Position numbers and translations under genes: made by a program. Below the pieces are notes generated by a model, which saw nothing but the letters and a program-made list of their open reading frames with translations, did not search any database and was not told where the DNA came from. This document shows positions 30,925-41,065 of a stretch of 64,000 bases of DNA, piece after piece (position 1 is the stretch's first letter; the number at the start of each line of letters is the position of its first letter). The stretch is from an uncultured Chloroflexia bacterium (GTDB lineage: Bacteria > Chloroflexota > Anaerolineae > Anaerolineales > Villigracilaceae): NCBI GenBank assembly GCA_963850945.1, contig CAWKNE010000008.1:160812-224811 (forward strand). The letters are read 5' to 3'.

Positions 30925-32418
30925 ATGAAGGAGAACCCGTTAAAGATCCTGCTTGTTTATCCGGAATTCCCGGATACCTTTTGGAGTTTCAAACACGCGC
31001 TTAAGTTTGTCCGGAAAAAGGCTGGCGCACCACCGCTGGGTCTGTTAACTGTTGCAGCGATGTTGCCTTCCAAGTGGGAGAAACGACTGGTCGATCTCAA
31101 CGTGACCCATCTCACCGATGAAGACTTGGCATGGGCTGATTATGTTTTTGTCAGCGCAATGATCATCCAGCGCGAATCAGCGCGCGCCGTCATCCACCGC
31201 TGTAAATTAGCCGGCATGAAAGTGGTGGCAGGCGGGCCGCTCTTCACCATGGAACATGAACAGTTCCCGGAAGTGGACTATTTTGTGTTGAACGAGGCTG
31301 AGGAGACTCTTGCACCGTTCTTGCAAGACCTGGAACAGGGTCAAGCCAGACGCGTTTACTCATCGACGGAATTCCCCGATATCCATCAAACTCCTGTCCC
31401 GCTTTGGAAGCTGGCAAATCTCAAGCATTACGATACAGTCAGCATCCAGTTCTCGCGCGGCTGTCCATTCAATTGCGACTTTTGCAATGTGACCGCGTTG
31501 TTGGGCCATCGCCCGCGCACCAAGACCGCGGCACAGATCATCGCCGAGTTGGACAACCTCTACGCGCTGGGCTGGCGCAAAAACATCTTCTTTGTGGATG
31601 ATAACTTTATCGGAAACAAGAAGCAGATCAAGTCTGAGGTGTTGCCAGCCTTAATAGAATGGCGTAAGGGTAAAACCGGTATGCCGTTCAACACAGAAGC
31701 TTCCATCAATCTGGCCGATGATCCAGAACTGATGCGTCTCATGACGCAAGCCGGGTTCGACACGGTCTTTGTCGGGATCGAAACGCCCAATGAAGACAGC
31801 CTGATCGAATGCAGTAAGAATCAAAACAAAGGCCGCGATCTGGTGGAAAGCGTCAAGCAACTCCAGCGTGCAGGCCTCCAGGTACAAGGAGGGTTCATCG
31901 TTGGGTTCGACAATGATTCCCCTTCGATCTTTCAGCAGCAGATTGATTTTATTCAGAAGAGCGGCATTGTGACAGCCATGGTTGGATTGTTGCAAGCCCC
32001 TTTGGGGACGCGTCTGTATGAGCGCATGCAAAAAGAAGGCCGCCTGGTTAATGAATTTTCGGGCGATAACGTAGATGGCTCAACCAACATCATCCCCATG
32101 ATGGGTTTGGAGCCTTTGAGGGAAGGCTACCGTAAAATCCTTGAACAAATCTATGCGCCCAAGTTTTATTACGAGCGCGTTTTGACATTCCTGCGCGAGT
32201 ACCAACCGCCCAAAATCAGAGTTCAATTGGAGCCACAATATATCCTGGCCCTGGGACGGTCCATTTACCAGCTGGGTATACGCGGCGTCGAGCGCGTCCA
32301 ATACTGGCGGCTCTTTTTCTGGACCCTGTTTCGGCGTCCGCGCTTGTTCCCACTGGCGATCACATTCGCAATCTACGGCTTTCATTTCCGCCAGGTTGCC
32401 ACTCTGCATGTCAACTGA
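30925..32418 (+). CDS. B12-binding-domain radical SAM protein (DUF4070-type C-terminus)
   Basis: N-terminal cobalamin-binding-like domain. Radical SAM motif CPFNCDFC within SIQFSRGCPFNCDFCNV. Confidence 0.8.
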   Translation: MKENPLKILLVYPEFPDTFWSFKHALKFVRKKAGAPPLGLLTVAAMLPSKWEKRLVDLNVTHLTDEDLAWADYVFVSAMIIQRESARAVIHRCKLAGMKVVAGGPLFTMEHEQFPEVDYFVLNEAEETLAPFLQDLEQGQARRVYSSTEFPDIHQTPVPLWKLANLKHYDTVSIQFSRGCPFNCDFCNVTALLGHRPRTKTAAQIIAELDNLYALGWRKNIFFVDDNFIGNKKQIKSEVLPALIEWRKGKTGMPFNTEASINLADDPELMRLMTQAGFDTVFVGIETPNEDSLIECSKNQNKGRDLVESVKQLQRAGLQVQGGFIVGFDNDSPSIFQQQIDFIQKSGIVTAMVGLLQAPLGTRLYERMQKEGRLVNEFSGDNVDGSTNIIPMMGLEPLREGYRKILEQIYAPKFYYERVLTFLREYQPPKIRVQLEPQYILALGRSIYQLGIRGVERVQYWRLFFWTLFRRPRLFPLAITFAIYGFHFRQVATLHVN

Positions 32419-32442
32419 CCCAAACGAATCAGGAGCTAGCAT

Positions 32443-34734
32443 ATGTTGCCTGGAGAACGATTGATCAGCAAGAAAGTATTGATGGTTGACGATGAACTTA
32501 GTGTGCAGACGGCAAGCGGCCGTGCCTCGCGCGCGTTGATTCAGGAACTGCGCGACCACGATGTCGTAGTCATCGAAGCGACGTCAGACGCCGACGGCCA
32601 AGCTGTGGTGCTATCCGATCCCTCTCTGGAAAGCATACTACTGGACTGGACTCTAGGCGATGATGACTTAGCTCACGACAAAGCCCGTGCATTGCTATCA
32701 TTTATCCGTAGGCGCAATACACATATCCCGATCTTCCTTATTGCCAAGCGCGACGATGCATCTACACTTACCAGCGAAGTGATGCGAGAAGCCGACGAAT
32801 TGATCTGGATGCTGGAGGATACTACATTTTTCATCACGGGGCGCGTCCTTGCTGCTATACACCGTTACCGCGAGGGTATCGTGCCCCCATTGACCAAAGC
32901 TCTGATCGGCTTTGCTCAGACATATGAGTATTCGTGGCACACGCCTGGCCACACAGGCGGCACGGCCTTCTTGAAGTCACCAGTGGGACGTGTCTTTTAC
33001 GATTATTTTGGCGAGAATTTGCTGCGCTCCGATCTTTCAATCAGTGTAGGTGAGTTGGGATCGTTGTTGGATCACAGCGGGCCGATTGGAGAGAGCGAGA
33101 AATATGTGGCTCGCGTCTTCGGCGCGCAGCGATCATATACGGTGACCAATGGGACTTCCACTTCCAACCGCGTGATCATGATGTCGTCCGTCACCCGCGG
33201 TGATTATGTCTTGTGTGATCGCAATGCCCACAAATCGATTGAGCAAGCCTTGACGTTGACGGGCGCCATTCCAACGTATCTGCTGCCAACGCGCAATCAC
33301 CTCGGCATCATTGGTCCAATCCATCCTGAGCGCTTGACGCCGAAAGCTATTAAGGCTTCCCTCGCTGCAAATCCACTGGCCAAGGACAAAGCGCAGCAAG
33401 CCATTCACGCGATCATCACCAATTCCACCTATGACGGTTTAATCTACCTTGTGCCGCGCGTCGTGGATTTGCTCGACATGAGTGTCGACCGCATCCACTT
33501 CGACGAGGCGTGGTACGGTTATGCGCGCTTTAACCCGATCTACAAGGACCGTTTCGGCATGTATGGCGATCCAAAGGACTACCCCAAGGACAAGCCAACG
33601 ATCTTTGCGACGACATCCACGCACAAGTTGCTGGCGGCGTTGTCGCAGGCCTCACTCATCAACGTGCGCGACGGACGTAAGCCGGTGGAGCATGCGCGCT
33701 TCAACGAAGCATTCATGATGCACGCCAGCACCTCGCCGCAGTATGCCATCATTACCTCCAACGAAATTTCAGCGGCGATGATGGATGGCGTCGGCGGCCT
33801 CACACTGACCACTGAATCGATCACAGAAGCCGTGACGTTCCGCAAAGCGGTGTGCCGCGCACATCGTGATGCCAAGGCGAAGGGCGATTGGATGTTCAGA
33901 ACCTGGAATGCCGATGAGGTTACTAATCCGATGACCGGCAAGAAGCTCGCCTTTGCCGATGCACCTGATGAGCTGCTGATCACCAATCCCGATTGTTGGG
34001 TGCTACATCCTGGCGATGCGTGGCACGGTTTTAAGGATCTGGAAGATGGCTACTGCATGCTCGATCCGATCAAAGTTTCGGTGGTAACGCCCGGCTTAAC
34101 GAACGATGGCTCATTCGAGAAGATGGGCATTCCCGCAATGCTGGTTACAGCCTATCTCGATCAGCGCGGCATTCAGGTCGAGAAGACGACCGACTTCACG
34201 ATCTTGTTCCTTTTCTCGCTCGGCGTGACCAAAGGCAAATATGGCACGCTGATCAATGCGTTGCTGCACTTTAAAGAAGACTATGACACCAACGCGCCCC
34301 TGAGCGAAGTGTTAATCACCACCGCTACAGACGCGCCCGAGCGCTATGCCGGCATGGGCTTGCGCGATCTGGCCAATGAAATGTTCGCGCAGATGCAAAA
34401 AACGAATCAATTGGAAGTGCAAGGTGCAGCATTCTCAACACTGCCCGTCCCGGTGCTGACCCCTGCCGATACCTATTCGAAACTGGTGCATAATGAAGTC
34501 GAGCACCTTGCAATTGACAAAATGGCCAATCGGATTGTGGCGACAGGCGTTGTTCCTTATCCACCCGGCATTCCGATGTTGATGCCTGGCGAGAATGTCG
34601 GCGGCAACGACAGTCCCTATCTCGGGTATCTGCGCGCGCTGCAAGCGTGGGATCTCCGCTTCCCCGGCTTCGGGCATGAAACGCACGGCGTGGAAAACAA
34701 AGATGGAACCTACTACGTGTATTGCTTGAAGTGA
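32443..34734 (+). CDS. Orn/Lys/Arg decarboxylase, large biodegradative type with N-terminal receiver-like wing domain
   Basis: 763 aa. Contains YSWHTPGHTGG and the PLP-lysine motif TSTHKLLAALSQAS, plus an N-terminal CheY-like fold (VLMVDDE). Confidence 0.85.
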   Translation: MLPGERLISKKVLMVDDELSVQTASGRASRALIQELRDHDVVVIEATSDADGQAVVLSDPSLESILLDWTLGDDDLAHDKARALLSFIRRRNTHIPIFLIAKRDDASTLTSEVMREADELIWMLEDTTFFITGRVLAAIHRYREGIVPPLTKALIGFAQTYEYSWHTPGHTGGTAFLKSPVGRVFYDYFGENLLRSDLSISVGELGSLLDHSGPIGESEKYVARVFGAQRSYTVTNGTSTSNRVIMMSSVTRGDYVLCDRNAHKSIEQALTLTGAIPTYLLPTRNHLGIIGPIHPERLTPKAIKASLAANPLAKDKAQQAIHAIITNSTYDGLIYLVPRVVDLLDMSVDRIHFDEAWYGYARFNPIYKDRFGMYGDPKDYPKDKPTIFATTSTHKLLAALSQASLINVRDGRKPVEHARFNEAFMMHASTSPQYAIITSNEISAAMMDGVGGLTLTTESITEAVTFRKAVCRAHRDAKAKGDWMFRTWNADEVTNPMTGKKLAFADAPDELLITNPDCWVLHPGDAWHGFKDLEDGYCMLDPIKVSVVTPGLTNDGSFEKMGIPAMLVTAYLDQRGIQVEKTTDFTILFLFSLGVTKGKYGTLINALLHFKEDYDTNAPLSEVLITTATDAPERYAGMGLRDLANEMFAQMQKTNQLEVQGAAFSTLPVPVLTPADTYSKLVHNEVEHLAIDKMANRIVATGVVPYPPGIPMLMPGENVGGNDSPYLGYLRALQAWDLRFPGFGHETHGVENKDGTYYVYCLK

Positions 34735-34737
34735 GAT

Positions 34738-34785
34738 TCACCCGCCTCATCCCTCTCCTGTTGTGAGAGAGGGATGAGGTGAGGG
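34738..34785. repeat. GC-rich palindromic element (variant A)
   Basis: 13-bp stem CCTCATCCCTCTC (34745-34757) / GAGAGGGATGAGG (34767-34779), flanked by TCACCC...TGAGGG. Confidence 0.75.
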
Positions 34786-34808
34786 ACTTAACAAGAAAGA
34801 AGGATGCC

Positions 34809-36209
34809 ATGAAAAATGGTAAGACCAAGACACTGGGCGTTTTTGCCCTCGCAATGATCAATGTCGCCGCCGTGCTCAGCCTGCGAAACTTTCCGTCGAT
34901 GGCCGAGTACGGCTGGTCGTCCATAGGCTGGTACCTCATCGGCACGATCACCTTCCTAATCCCGTTGACGATGGCAGCCGCAGAACTTGCCACCGGCTGG
35001 CCCAAAGGCGGCGGTGTCTACGCCTGGGTGCAAGAGGCCCTCGGCGAGAAATCGGGCTTTATCGCCATATTCTGTGACTGGTCAAACAACTTGGTGTGGT
35101 TCCCCACGGTTTTGGGATTCATCGCCTCGACATTCGCCTTTGCACTGAATCCCTCGCTGGCGAACAACGGCCTGTATGTGTTTGTGGTGATGATGATCGT
35201 GTTCTGGGGCACCACGCTCATCGCTCTAATGGGCGAGAAAGCGTCCAGCCGCTTCCAATCTTTTGGCGTGATCGCTGGTTCGATTGTCCCGGGGATTTTG
35301 ATCATCGCAATGGGCGTCTGGTATATGCTTTCTGGCAAGCCGATCCAATTGCCGCCTTTCACGCTGGCCGCCATTGTGCCGAGCCTTAATCTCAACACAC
35401 TGCCCTTCATCGCGTCGATAGTGCTGATGTTCGCGGGCATGGAGATGGCGGGCTTCCACGCTCTGGAAACACACAATCCACAGAAAGATTACCCGAAGGC
35501 CATGCTGTTGTCAGCCCTGATCATCTTCGTTCTATCGGTAATCGGTACGTTGGCGATTGCCATTGTTGTACCGCTGAAAAATCTCAACTTGGCGGCCGGG
35601 CTAATGCAAGCCTTCCAAGATTTTCTGACAGCTTTAAACCTCAGTTGGCTGCTGGCTCCCTTAGCCATTCTGGTGACGCTGGGCGGTATTGCCTTGTTGG
35701 CGTCGTGGTTGATCGGTCCCGCGTTGGGGCTGGGGGTTGTGGCCCGTGAAGGCAACATGCCGCGCATGTTCGCGCGCCATAATGGGAAAGGCTCGCCGAC
35801 GAGCGTGTTGATTTTGCAAGCCGTCATCGGCACAATCATCTCCCTGTTGTATGTCTTCCTCCCCAGTGTTAGTAGCGCTTACTGGATCCTGTCGGCGCTG
35901 ACCGTTCTCCTACTGTGCATCATGTACATGTTTATTTTTGCGGCAGTGATCAAACTGCGCTACTCGCAGCCCGATGTGCCACGTTCCTACAAAATTCCGG
36001 GCGGAATAGTTGGCGTCTGGATCGTGGGTGGGGTGGGTTTTGTGGCAACGGCCCTCAGCTTCTTGGTCAGTCTCTTCCCTCCCACTGGAGTGAACTTCTC
36101 GCTGCAAGCCTACTTGCCCTTGATGCTGATCGGCACCGCGGTATTGGCGCTGCCGCCATTGGTCTTCTTGAAACTGAAGAAGCCCAGTTGGAAACCAGCA
36201 GCACCTTAG
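34809..36209 (+). CDS. APC-superfamily amino acid transporter, GadC-like (probable substrate/product antiporter)
   Basis: About 12 TM helices. The N-terminus reads GVFALAMINVAAVLSLRNFPSMAEYGWSSIGWYLIGTITFLIPLTMAAAELATGWPKGGGVYAWV. Lies directly after the decarboxylase. Confidence 0.75.
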   Translation: MKNGKTKTLGVFALAMINVAAVLSLRNFPSMAEYGWSSIGWYLIGTITFLIPLTMAAAELATGWPKGGGVYAWVQEALGEKSGFIAIFCDWSNNLVWFPTVLGFIASTFAFALNPSLANNGLYVFVVMMIVFWGTTLIALMGEKASSRFQSFGVIAGSIVPGILIIAMGVWYMLSGKPIQLPPFTLAAIVPSLNLNTLPFIASIVLMFAGMEMAGFHALETHNPQKDYPKAMLLSALIIFVLSVIGTLAIAIVVPLKNLNLAAGLMQAFQDFLTALNLSWLLAPLAILVTLGGIALLASWLIGPALGLGVVAREGNMPRMFARHNGKGSPTSVLILQAVIGTIISLLYVFLPSVSSAYWILSALTVLLLCIMYMFIFAAVIKLRYSQPDVPRSYKIPGGIVGVWIVGGVGFVATALSFLVSLFPPTGVNFSLQAYLPLMLIGTAVLALPPLVFLKLKKPSWKPAAP

Positions 36210-36238
36210 AGCTAACAGCCGCTTGGCAAAAAGAGAGT

Positions 36239-37348
36239 ATGGCTATCGCTCAACAAACCAAGATCCCCATTCATCCCAATCCTCCTCTGCTGGTCCACAT
36301 CTCCGGCACACACCGCGAGATGGGGCGGCAGATTGGCGAAGCCTGCCGCAAGCAGGTCAAGCACAGTATTAAGAGTGGAAGAAAGCTACTTTCCGAGGCC
36401 TATAACCACCTCGAATTAACTTGGGAGGGAGCTCGCATCCACGCCCGCAAATACATGCTCTTTGCCCAAGAGTGCTACCCCCAGTACGTGGAGGAACTAG
36501 CCGGCATTGCTGAAGGGGCTAATGTTTCTGTGGACGATGTGTCTTTGGTCAACGTAATGGAGGCGCTGACGGACGATGCCCTGCAACTGACACGGTGTAC
36601 AAGCTTCGCGATCAGCAACGACTGCACCGCGAATGGGCATGTCCTATTGGCGCATAATGAGGACTGGGTGCCAGAGGATGAGAACGACGTGTTCATCATC
36701 CACGCCACACCCAAGAACGAATGTCCCTTCCTCGCCATGACCTACGGCTGCTGGTTGCCGAACATTGGGTTCAACGCCTACGGCATTGCCCAGTTGTGCA
36801 ATTCGGTGTTTCCCAACAATTCCCGCATTGGCATCCCGCGGGTCGTAGTTTCGCGCGCCGTGCTGGCAAGTAAGACACCAGACAAAGCCATCCAATCGGC
36901 GCTTCAGGTCCAGCGCGCAACTGGCTATAACCATCTACTGGCCCATGAGAGTGGCGAACTATATTCAGTGGAGGTTTCCGCCCGTCATTTTGCCATCCTT
37001 AATGGAGATGACGGGTATATCGTGCACACCAACCATTATCTATCACCGGTCATGCAAGAGTTTGAACGCGAGCCAGTAGGTATGATCGCATCCTATGTGC
37101 GATACTTCCGTGCTAGGCGGTTGGTTAAACACGAGCACCAGCACACCATCACGACATTGCAGGCCATCCAGCGCGACCATGTTAATTTCTCTAGAGCGAT
37201 CTGCAATCACTCTATAGATGCCAACGACCCGCTGGATCGTGGGAAGACCATCAACGCCATAGTGATAGACTTGACGGCCCGCGAGATGCACATCGCCTGG
37301 GGTAACCCGTGTGAGAACCCTTACCACACATATCATCTGAATGCTTAG
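36239..37348 (+). CDS. Peptidase C45 / acyl-CoA:6-APA acyltransferase-family N-terminal-nucleophile hydrolase
   Basis: Contains CTSFAISNDCTANGHVLLAHNEDW (nucleophile Cys motif). The upstream part of ORF 35915.. overlaps the transporter and is rejected. Confidence 0.65.
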   Translation: MAIAQQTKIPIHPNPPLLVHISGTHREMGRQIGEACRKQVKHSIKSGRKLLSEAYNHLELTWEGARIHARKYMLFAQECYPQYVEELAGIAEGANVSVDDVSLVNVMEALTDDALQLTRCTSFAISNDCTANGHVLLAHNEDWVPEDENDVFIIHATPKNECPFLAMTYGCWLPNIGFNAYGIAQLCNSVFPNNSRIGIPRVVVSRAVLASKTPDKAIQSALQVQRATGYNHLLAHESGELYSVEVSARHFAILNGDDGYIVHTNHYLSPVMQEFEREPVGMIASYVRYFRARRLVKHEHQHTITTLQAIQRDHVNFSRAICNHSIDANDPLDRGKTINAIVIDLTAREMHIAWGNPCENPYHTYHLNA

Positions 37349-37446
37349 ATAGGGATCAGGCAGAGATAAAACCGCATAATTTAATGGATACAGAACTTTA
37401 AGCCGATTTTACATGAAATAAGAACAAAGAGAGGTGTGTAAAAAAT

Positions 37447-38569
37447 ATGAATAGAAGCGCAATTTCCCTGGGACGCATTCTCGGGATCCCGATCGGATTA
37501 GATTATTCGTGGTTTTTGATTTTTGCATTGCTTACCTGGTCGTTAGCCACGAGTTACTATCCAGCTGAATTCACAAACTGGCCCGTGGCCCAATATTGGA
37601 TCGTGGGTGCCGCAACAGTTATCTTAATGTTTATCAGTGTGCTACTGCACGAGTTGGGACATTCGATTGTAGCCTTACGCTACAAGATTCCAGTACGCAG
37701 TATCACACTCTTCATATTTGGCGGCATTGCCCAAATTGGGGCTGAACCACCCAGTGCCATGGCAGAATTCTGGATTGCCATTGCCGGCCCTATTACGAGT
37801 TTTGCTTTGGCTATTCTCTTTGGCCTGCTACAGCCCCTTGTCGGCGCACTTCGGCCCATTGCTTGCTATTGCCAAGTACCTGGCTTATATCAACGGTGCC
37901 TTGGCTCTCTTTAATTTGATCCCGGGTTTCCCATTGGACGGCGGTCGAGTGTTTCGAGCCATTATCTGGGGAACCACACATAGTTTGCGCCGGGCTACCC
38001 TGATCGCCGCAAACCTGGGTCGGTTTATTGCATATCTATTCATCATCCTGGGCGTGTGGCAGATGTTCAGCGGCAATTTCGGAAATGGCTTATGGATTGC
38101 CTTTATCGGTTGGTTCCTGGAAACTGCCGCATCCTCACAAATTCACCAGCAAACGATCCATGACCTCTTAGAGGGCCACCGTGTAGCGGACACAATGCGT
38201 CGCGACTACACCGCGATTTTGCCTAATACTACGCTGGACGAACTGATCAATAAACATATCTTGGGGAACGGCCAGCGCAGTTTAGTGGTCAAACAGGATG
38301 ACCGAGTTGCTGGCTTACTGACGCTGCATAATGTCAAAGCCATCCCATCTTCTGATTGGTTAACCACAACAGCCGCCCAAGTGATGATACCGGTTGCGAA
38401 AATGAAGTGGATAAAGCCTGAGGCAGAGTTGATGGACGCCTTGGGAGAAATGGACCGGGACGGCGTCAATCAGTTGCCGGTGATGACAGGTGATCAGATT
38501 CTGGGCATCCTAGGCCGAGATGATTTGATCAGCTTTTTGCGTACCTTGAGCGAGTTCAGCCGCCACTAA
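37447..38569 (+). CDS. M50 site-2 protease-family metalloprotease with C-terminal CBS pair; apparent frame break around 37720-37910
   Basis: Contains HELGHSIVA and the LFNLIPGFPLDGGRV motif, plus a CBS-like C-terminus. Pieces 37447..37914 and 37718..38569. Confidence 0.8.
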
Positions 38570-38666
38570 AACCATCCATTGAAGCGACCCTGAGGTTTGA
38601 AAGCGATCATCAGACGAGACACGCAGGTAGCATCCCAAAAAATCGAAAGCACAAGGAGATGAGATA

Positions 38667-38819
38667 ATGGTAACCAAGACAGGTAAGACGGAACACAGAC
38701 AATTATCGAGAGGGCAGCGCAAGCATGTGCGCAGGATGAAACAGGAAGCTCGCAGAACCAGTATCCCTGACAATCCCATAAAGAAGAGGGCGCGCACGCC
38801 GGTGGTAGTCAAGGAGTAA
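38667..38819 (+). CDS. Small very basic protein (50 aa), hypothetical
   Basis: An SD AAGGAGA lies before the ATG. The product is MVTKTGKTEHRQLSRGQRKHVRRMKQEARRTSIPDNPIKKRARTPVVVKE. Confidence 0.35.
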   Translation: MVTKTGKTEHRQLSRGQRKHVRRMKQEARRTSIPDNPIKKRARTPVVVKE

Positions 38820-38885
38820 GTTCAACGTTATTGTGTTCGTTGAATGGTCTCTTCATTTCATGGGCACAACACGATTGATCTAAAT

Positions 38886-38925
38886 AACAGGTTGCCAAAA
38901 TCTTGCGCGGTGGGCAACCTGTTTT
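38886..38925 (+). terminator. Rho-independent terminator
   Basis: Stem AACAGGTTGCC / GGCAACCTGTT followed by TT. Confidence 0.6.
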
Positions 38926-39019
38926 AGGTTTCTAGGTAGCCAGAGACATCATGACCGATTTGTCGGACTGGCGGAAGATAATTCTCGCAAAGGCGATTTG
39001 GCCGTGAAAAGGATATCCT

Positions 39020-40507
39020 ATGAATATAAATGAAAAACATCATCGTGCCATTTTACAGAGCATTGCTCATCGGGCGATGCTCGAGCGAGACTTACTGCCT
39101 GACTTTTCTGCCGGGGCACTCGCTCAACTTGACACAATTCAGACGCCAGCCAGCATGGACAGTGACCTGATTCGTGATCGGAGGGATCTGCTATGGGCTT
39201 CGATAGATAATGATGACTCGCTTGATCTTGATCAGTTGACGGTTGCCGAGGCCATGCCGGCTGGCAAAATCAAGATTATGGTTGCCGTGGCTGATGTGGA
39301 CTCGCTGGTCAAAGAAGGATCCGCGATTGACGATCATGCTCACCACAATACCACCTCGGTGTATACCGCCGCCCGGACATTCCCGATGCTTCCTGAAAAA
39401 CTTTCCACAGACCTAACCTCGCTGAATCTCAATGAGGAACGCTTGGCTTATGTGGTTGAAATGGAAATTGATGCAGACGGATCTATCCTAGATTCTGAGA
39501 TTTACCGGGCGCGTGTCCGCAATCATGCCAAACTAGCCTACAACAGTATTGCCGCATGGTTGGATGGGAATGGAACTATGCCGGAGGCTGTCTCTGCTGT
39601 CCCTGGGCTAGATGAAAACCTGCACATGCAGGATCAAGCCGCCCAAAGTATGAAGAAGCTTCGCCATGTTCACGGAGCACTGAGCTTGGAAACCATTGAG
39701 GCCAAACCAGTATTCGATGGTGATCAAATCCGCGCGCTTGAAATAGAAGAAAAGAACCGTGCGAAAGAGCTCATCGAGGATTTCATGATTGCAGCGAACG
39801 GCGTGACCGCAAGATTTCTTTCGGCCAAGAATTCTCCTTCGATCCGTCGCGTGGTACGCACGCCGAAACGATGGGAGCGGATTGTCGAAATTGCCGCGGA
39901 TCATAAATTCCAACTTCCAGAACTCCCAGATTCAAAAGCGTTGGAGGAGTTTCTCGTCAAGCAAAAAGCCGCGGATCCGCTCCGCTTCCCCGACTTGTCC
40001 TTGGCTGTGATCAAACTCTTAGGTGCTGGTGAATATGTTGCAGAACTTCCCGAGGGGAATGTCCCGGGCCATTTTGGTCTTGCAGTAAAGGACTACGCTC
40101 ACTCGACAGCTCCGAATCGCCGCTATCCGGACTTGCTGACTCAGCGCTTGTTAAAAGCAGCCTTGGAAGAAAAGCCTGTGCCTTATAGCAAAGATGAACT
40201 GGATATTCTGGCGGCTCATTGCACCGAAGCAGAAGATGCCGCTAACAAAGTGGAACGACGGGTGGGCAAATCTGCCGCCGCGCTCCTGCTCGAATCAAGG
40301 ATCGGAGAGCAGTTTGATTCGATTGTCACTGGCGCTTCCGAGAAAGGGACCTGGGTCCGGCTTCTCACCATCCCCGTTGAAGGCAAGCTCGTACAAGGAT
40401 TTGAAGGCATGGATGTCGGTCACCGATTGCGCGTGCAGTTGATTTCGGTAGATGTTGAGCAGGGTTATATAGATTTCGAAAGAGTCAGTTCGTCCAGACG
40501 TAGATAA
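39020..40507 (+). CDS. RNB-domain 3'-5' exoribonuclease (RNase II/R family) with C-terminal S1-like domain
   Basis: Contains LWASIDNDDSLDLDQL and HHNTTSVYTAARTFPMLP, the RNB catalytic-region pattern. 495 aa with no N-terminal cold-shock domains evident. Confidence 0.75.
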   Translation: MNINEKHHRAILQSIAHRAMLERDLLPDFSAGALAQLDTIQTPASMDSDLIRDRRDLLWASIDNDDSLDLDQLTVAEAMPAGKIKIMVAVADVDSLVKEGSAIDDHAHHNTTSVYTAARTFPMLPEKLSTDLTSLNLNEERLAYVVEMEIDADGSILDSEIYRARVRNHAKLAYNSIAAWLDGNGTMPEAVSAVPGLDENLHMQDQAAQSMKKLRHVHGALSLETIEAKPVFDGDQIRALEIEEKNRAKELIEDFMIAANGVTARFLSAKNSPSIRRVVRTPKRWERIVEIAADHKFQLPELPDSKALEEFLVKQKAADPLRFPDLSLAVIKLLGAGEYVAELPEGNVPGHFGLAVKDYAHSTAPNRRYPDLLTQRLLKAALEEKPVPYSKDELDILAAHCTEAEDAANKVERRVGKSAAALLLESRIGEQFDSIVTGASEKGTWVRLLTIPVEGKLVQGFEGMDVGHRLRVQLISVDVEQGYIDFERVSSSRRR

Positions 40508-40517
40508 GGAGAGTCTT

Positions 40518-40922
40518 ATGAAAAAGGAAATTGGTTTGTGGATTGATCATCGTGAAGCGGTTATCGTTTCCCTCGTCAATGGTGAAGAAGAAATCAAGCA
40601 TATCGTTTCAAACAATGAAAAACGAATGCGATACTCTGGCAGTTCACACTCTAAAACTCCGGAGGGACTAAAAGAGGTGACCTCGGAAGACCAGAGAGAT
40701 AGAAAATTTGGAAATGATCTCAATCAGTTTTACGCTAAGATTATCGCGAGTATTCGTGATGCAGATGCCATCCAGATATTTGGTCCCGGCGAGGCAAAAG
40801 GTGAGTTGGAAAAACGTCTTGAGCATGAAGGACTCAAAGGGCACATCCTCGCCATGGAAACCACGGATAAGATGACGGATCATCAGATTTCAGCAAAAGT
40901 TCGGGAACATTTCCCAGCTTAG
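40518..40922 (+). CDS. Small protein resembling host-attachment (Hap)/eRF1-fold proteins (tentative)
   Basis: 134 aa, 10 nt after the RNB stop. The pattern IGLWIDHREAVIV ... NQFYAKIIASI ... IQIFGPGEAKGELEKRL ... TTDKMTDHQISAKV parallels my recollection of the Host_attach family layout. Confidence 0.35.
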   Translation: MKKEIGLWIDHREAVIVSLVNGEEEIKHIVSNNEKRMRYSGSSHSKTPEGLKEVTSEDQRDRKFGNDLNQFYAKIIASIRDADAIQIFGPGEAKGELEKRLEHEGLKGHILAMETTDKMTDHQISAKVREHFPA

Positions 40923-41035
40923 GTTGTATTATCCAAACATGAAAAGTCAAGAAACACAGTGCTGTGGCCTCCGTCCTCAAATAAGAAGGCAGGGAAGTAC
41001 ACCTGCACCTTTGGGAAGCCGCAGTAGAACGTCAC

Positions 41036-41061
41036 GAATGCCATCCGATTGGATGGCATTC
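41036..41061. terminator. Bidirectional hairpin terminator between convergent genes
   Basis: GAATGCCATCC-GATT-GGATGGCATTC. Confidence 0.6.
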
Positions 41062-41065
41062 TGGT

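Noticed and set aside
35915-36238. An N-terminal extension of the C45 hydrolase ORF, and likewise the upstream starts 20252 (alpha subunit), 21387 (beta subunit), 34779 (transporter), 52860 (lipoprotein) and 61584 (hsdR).
   Set aside because: These extensions overlap the preceding gene or a repeat element. They lack an SD, whereas internal ATGs with an SD or signal peptide give the expected family N-termini.
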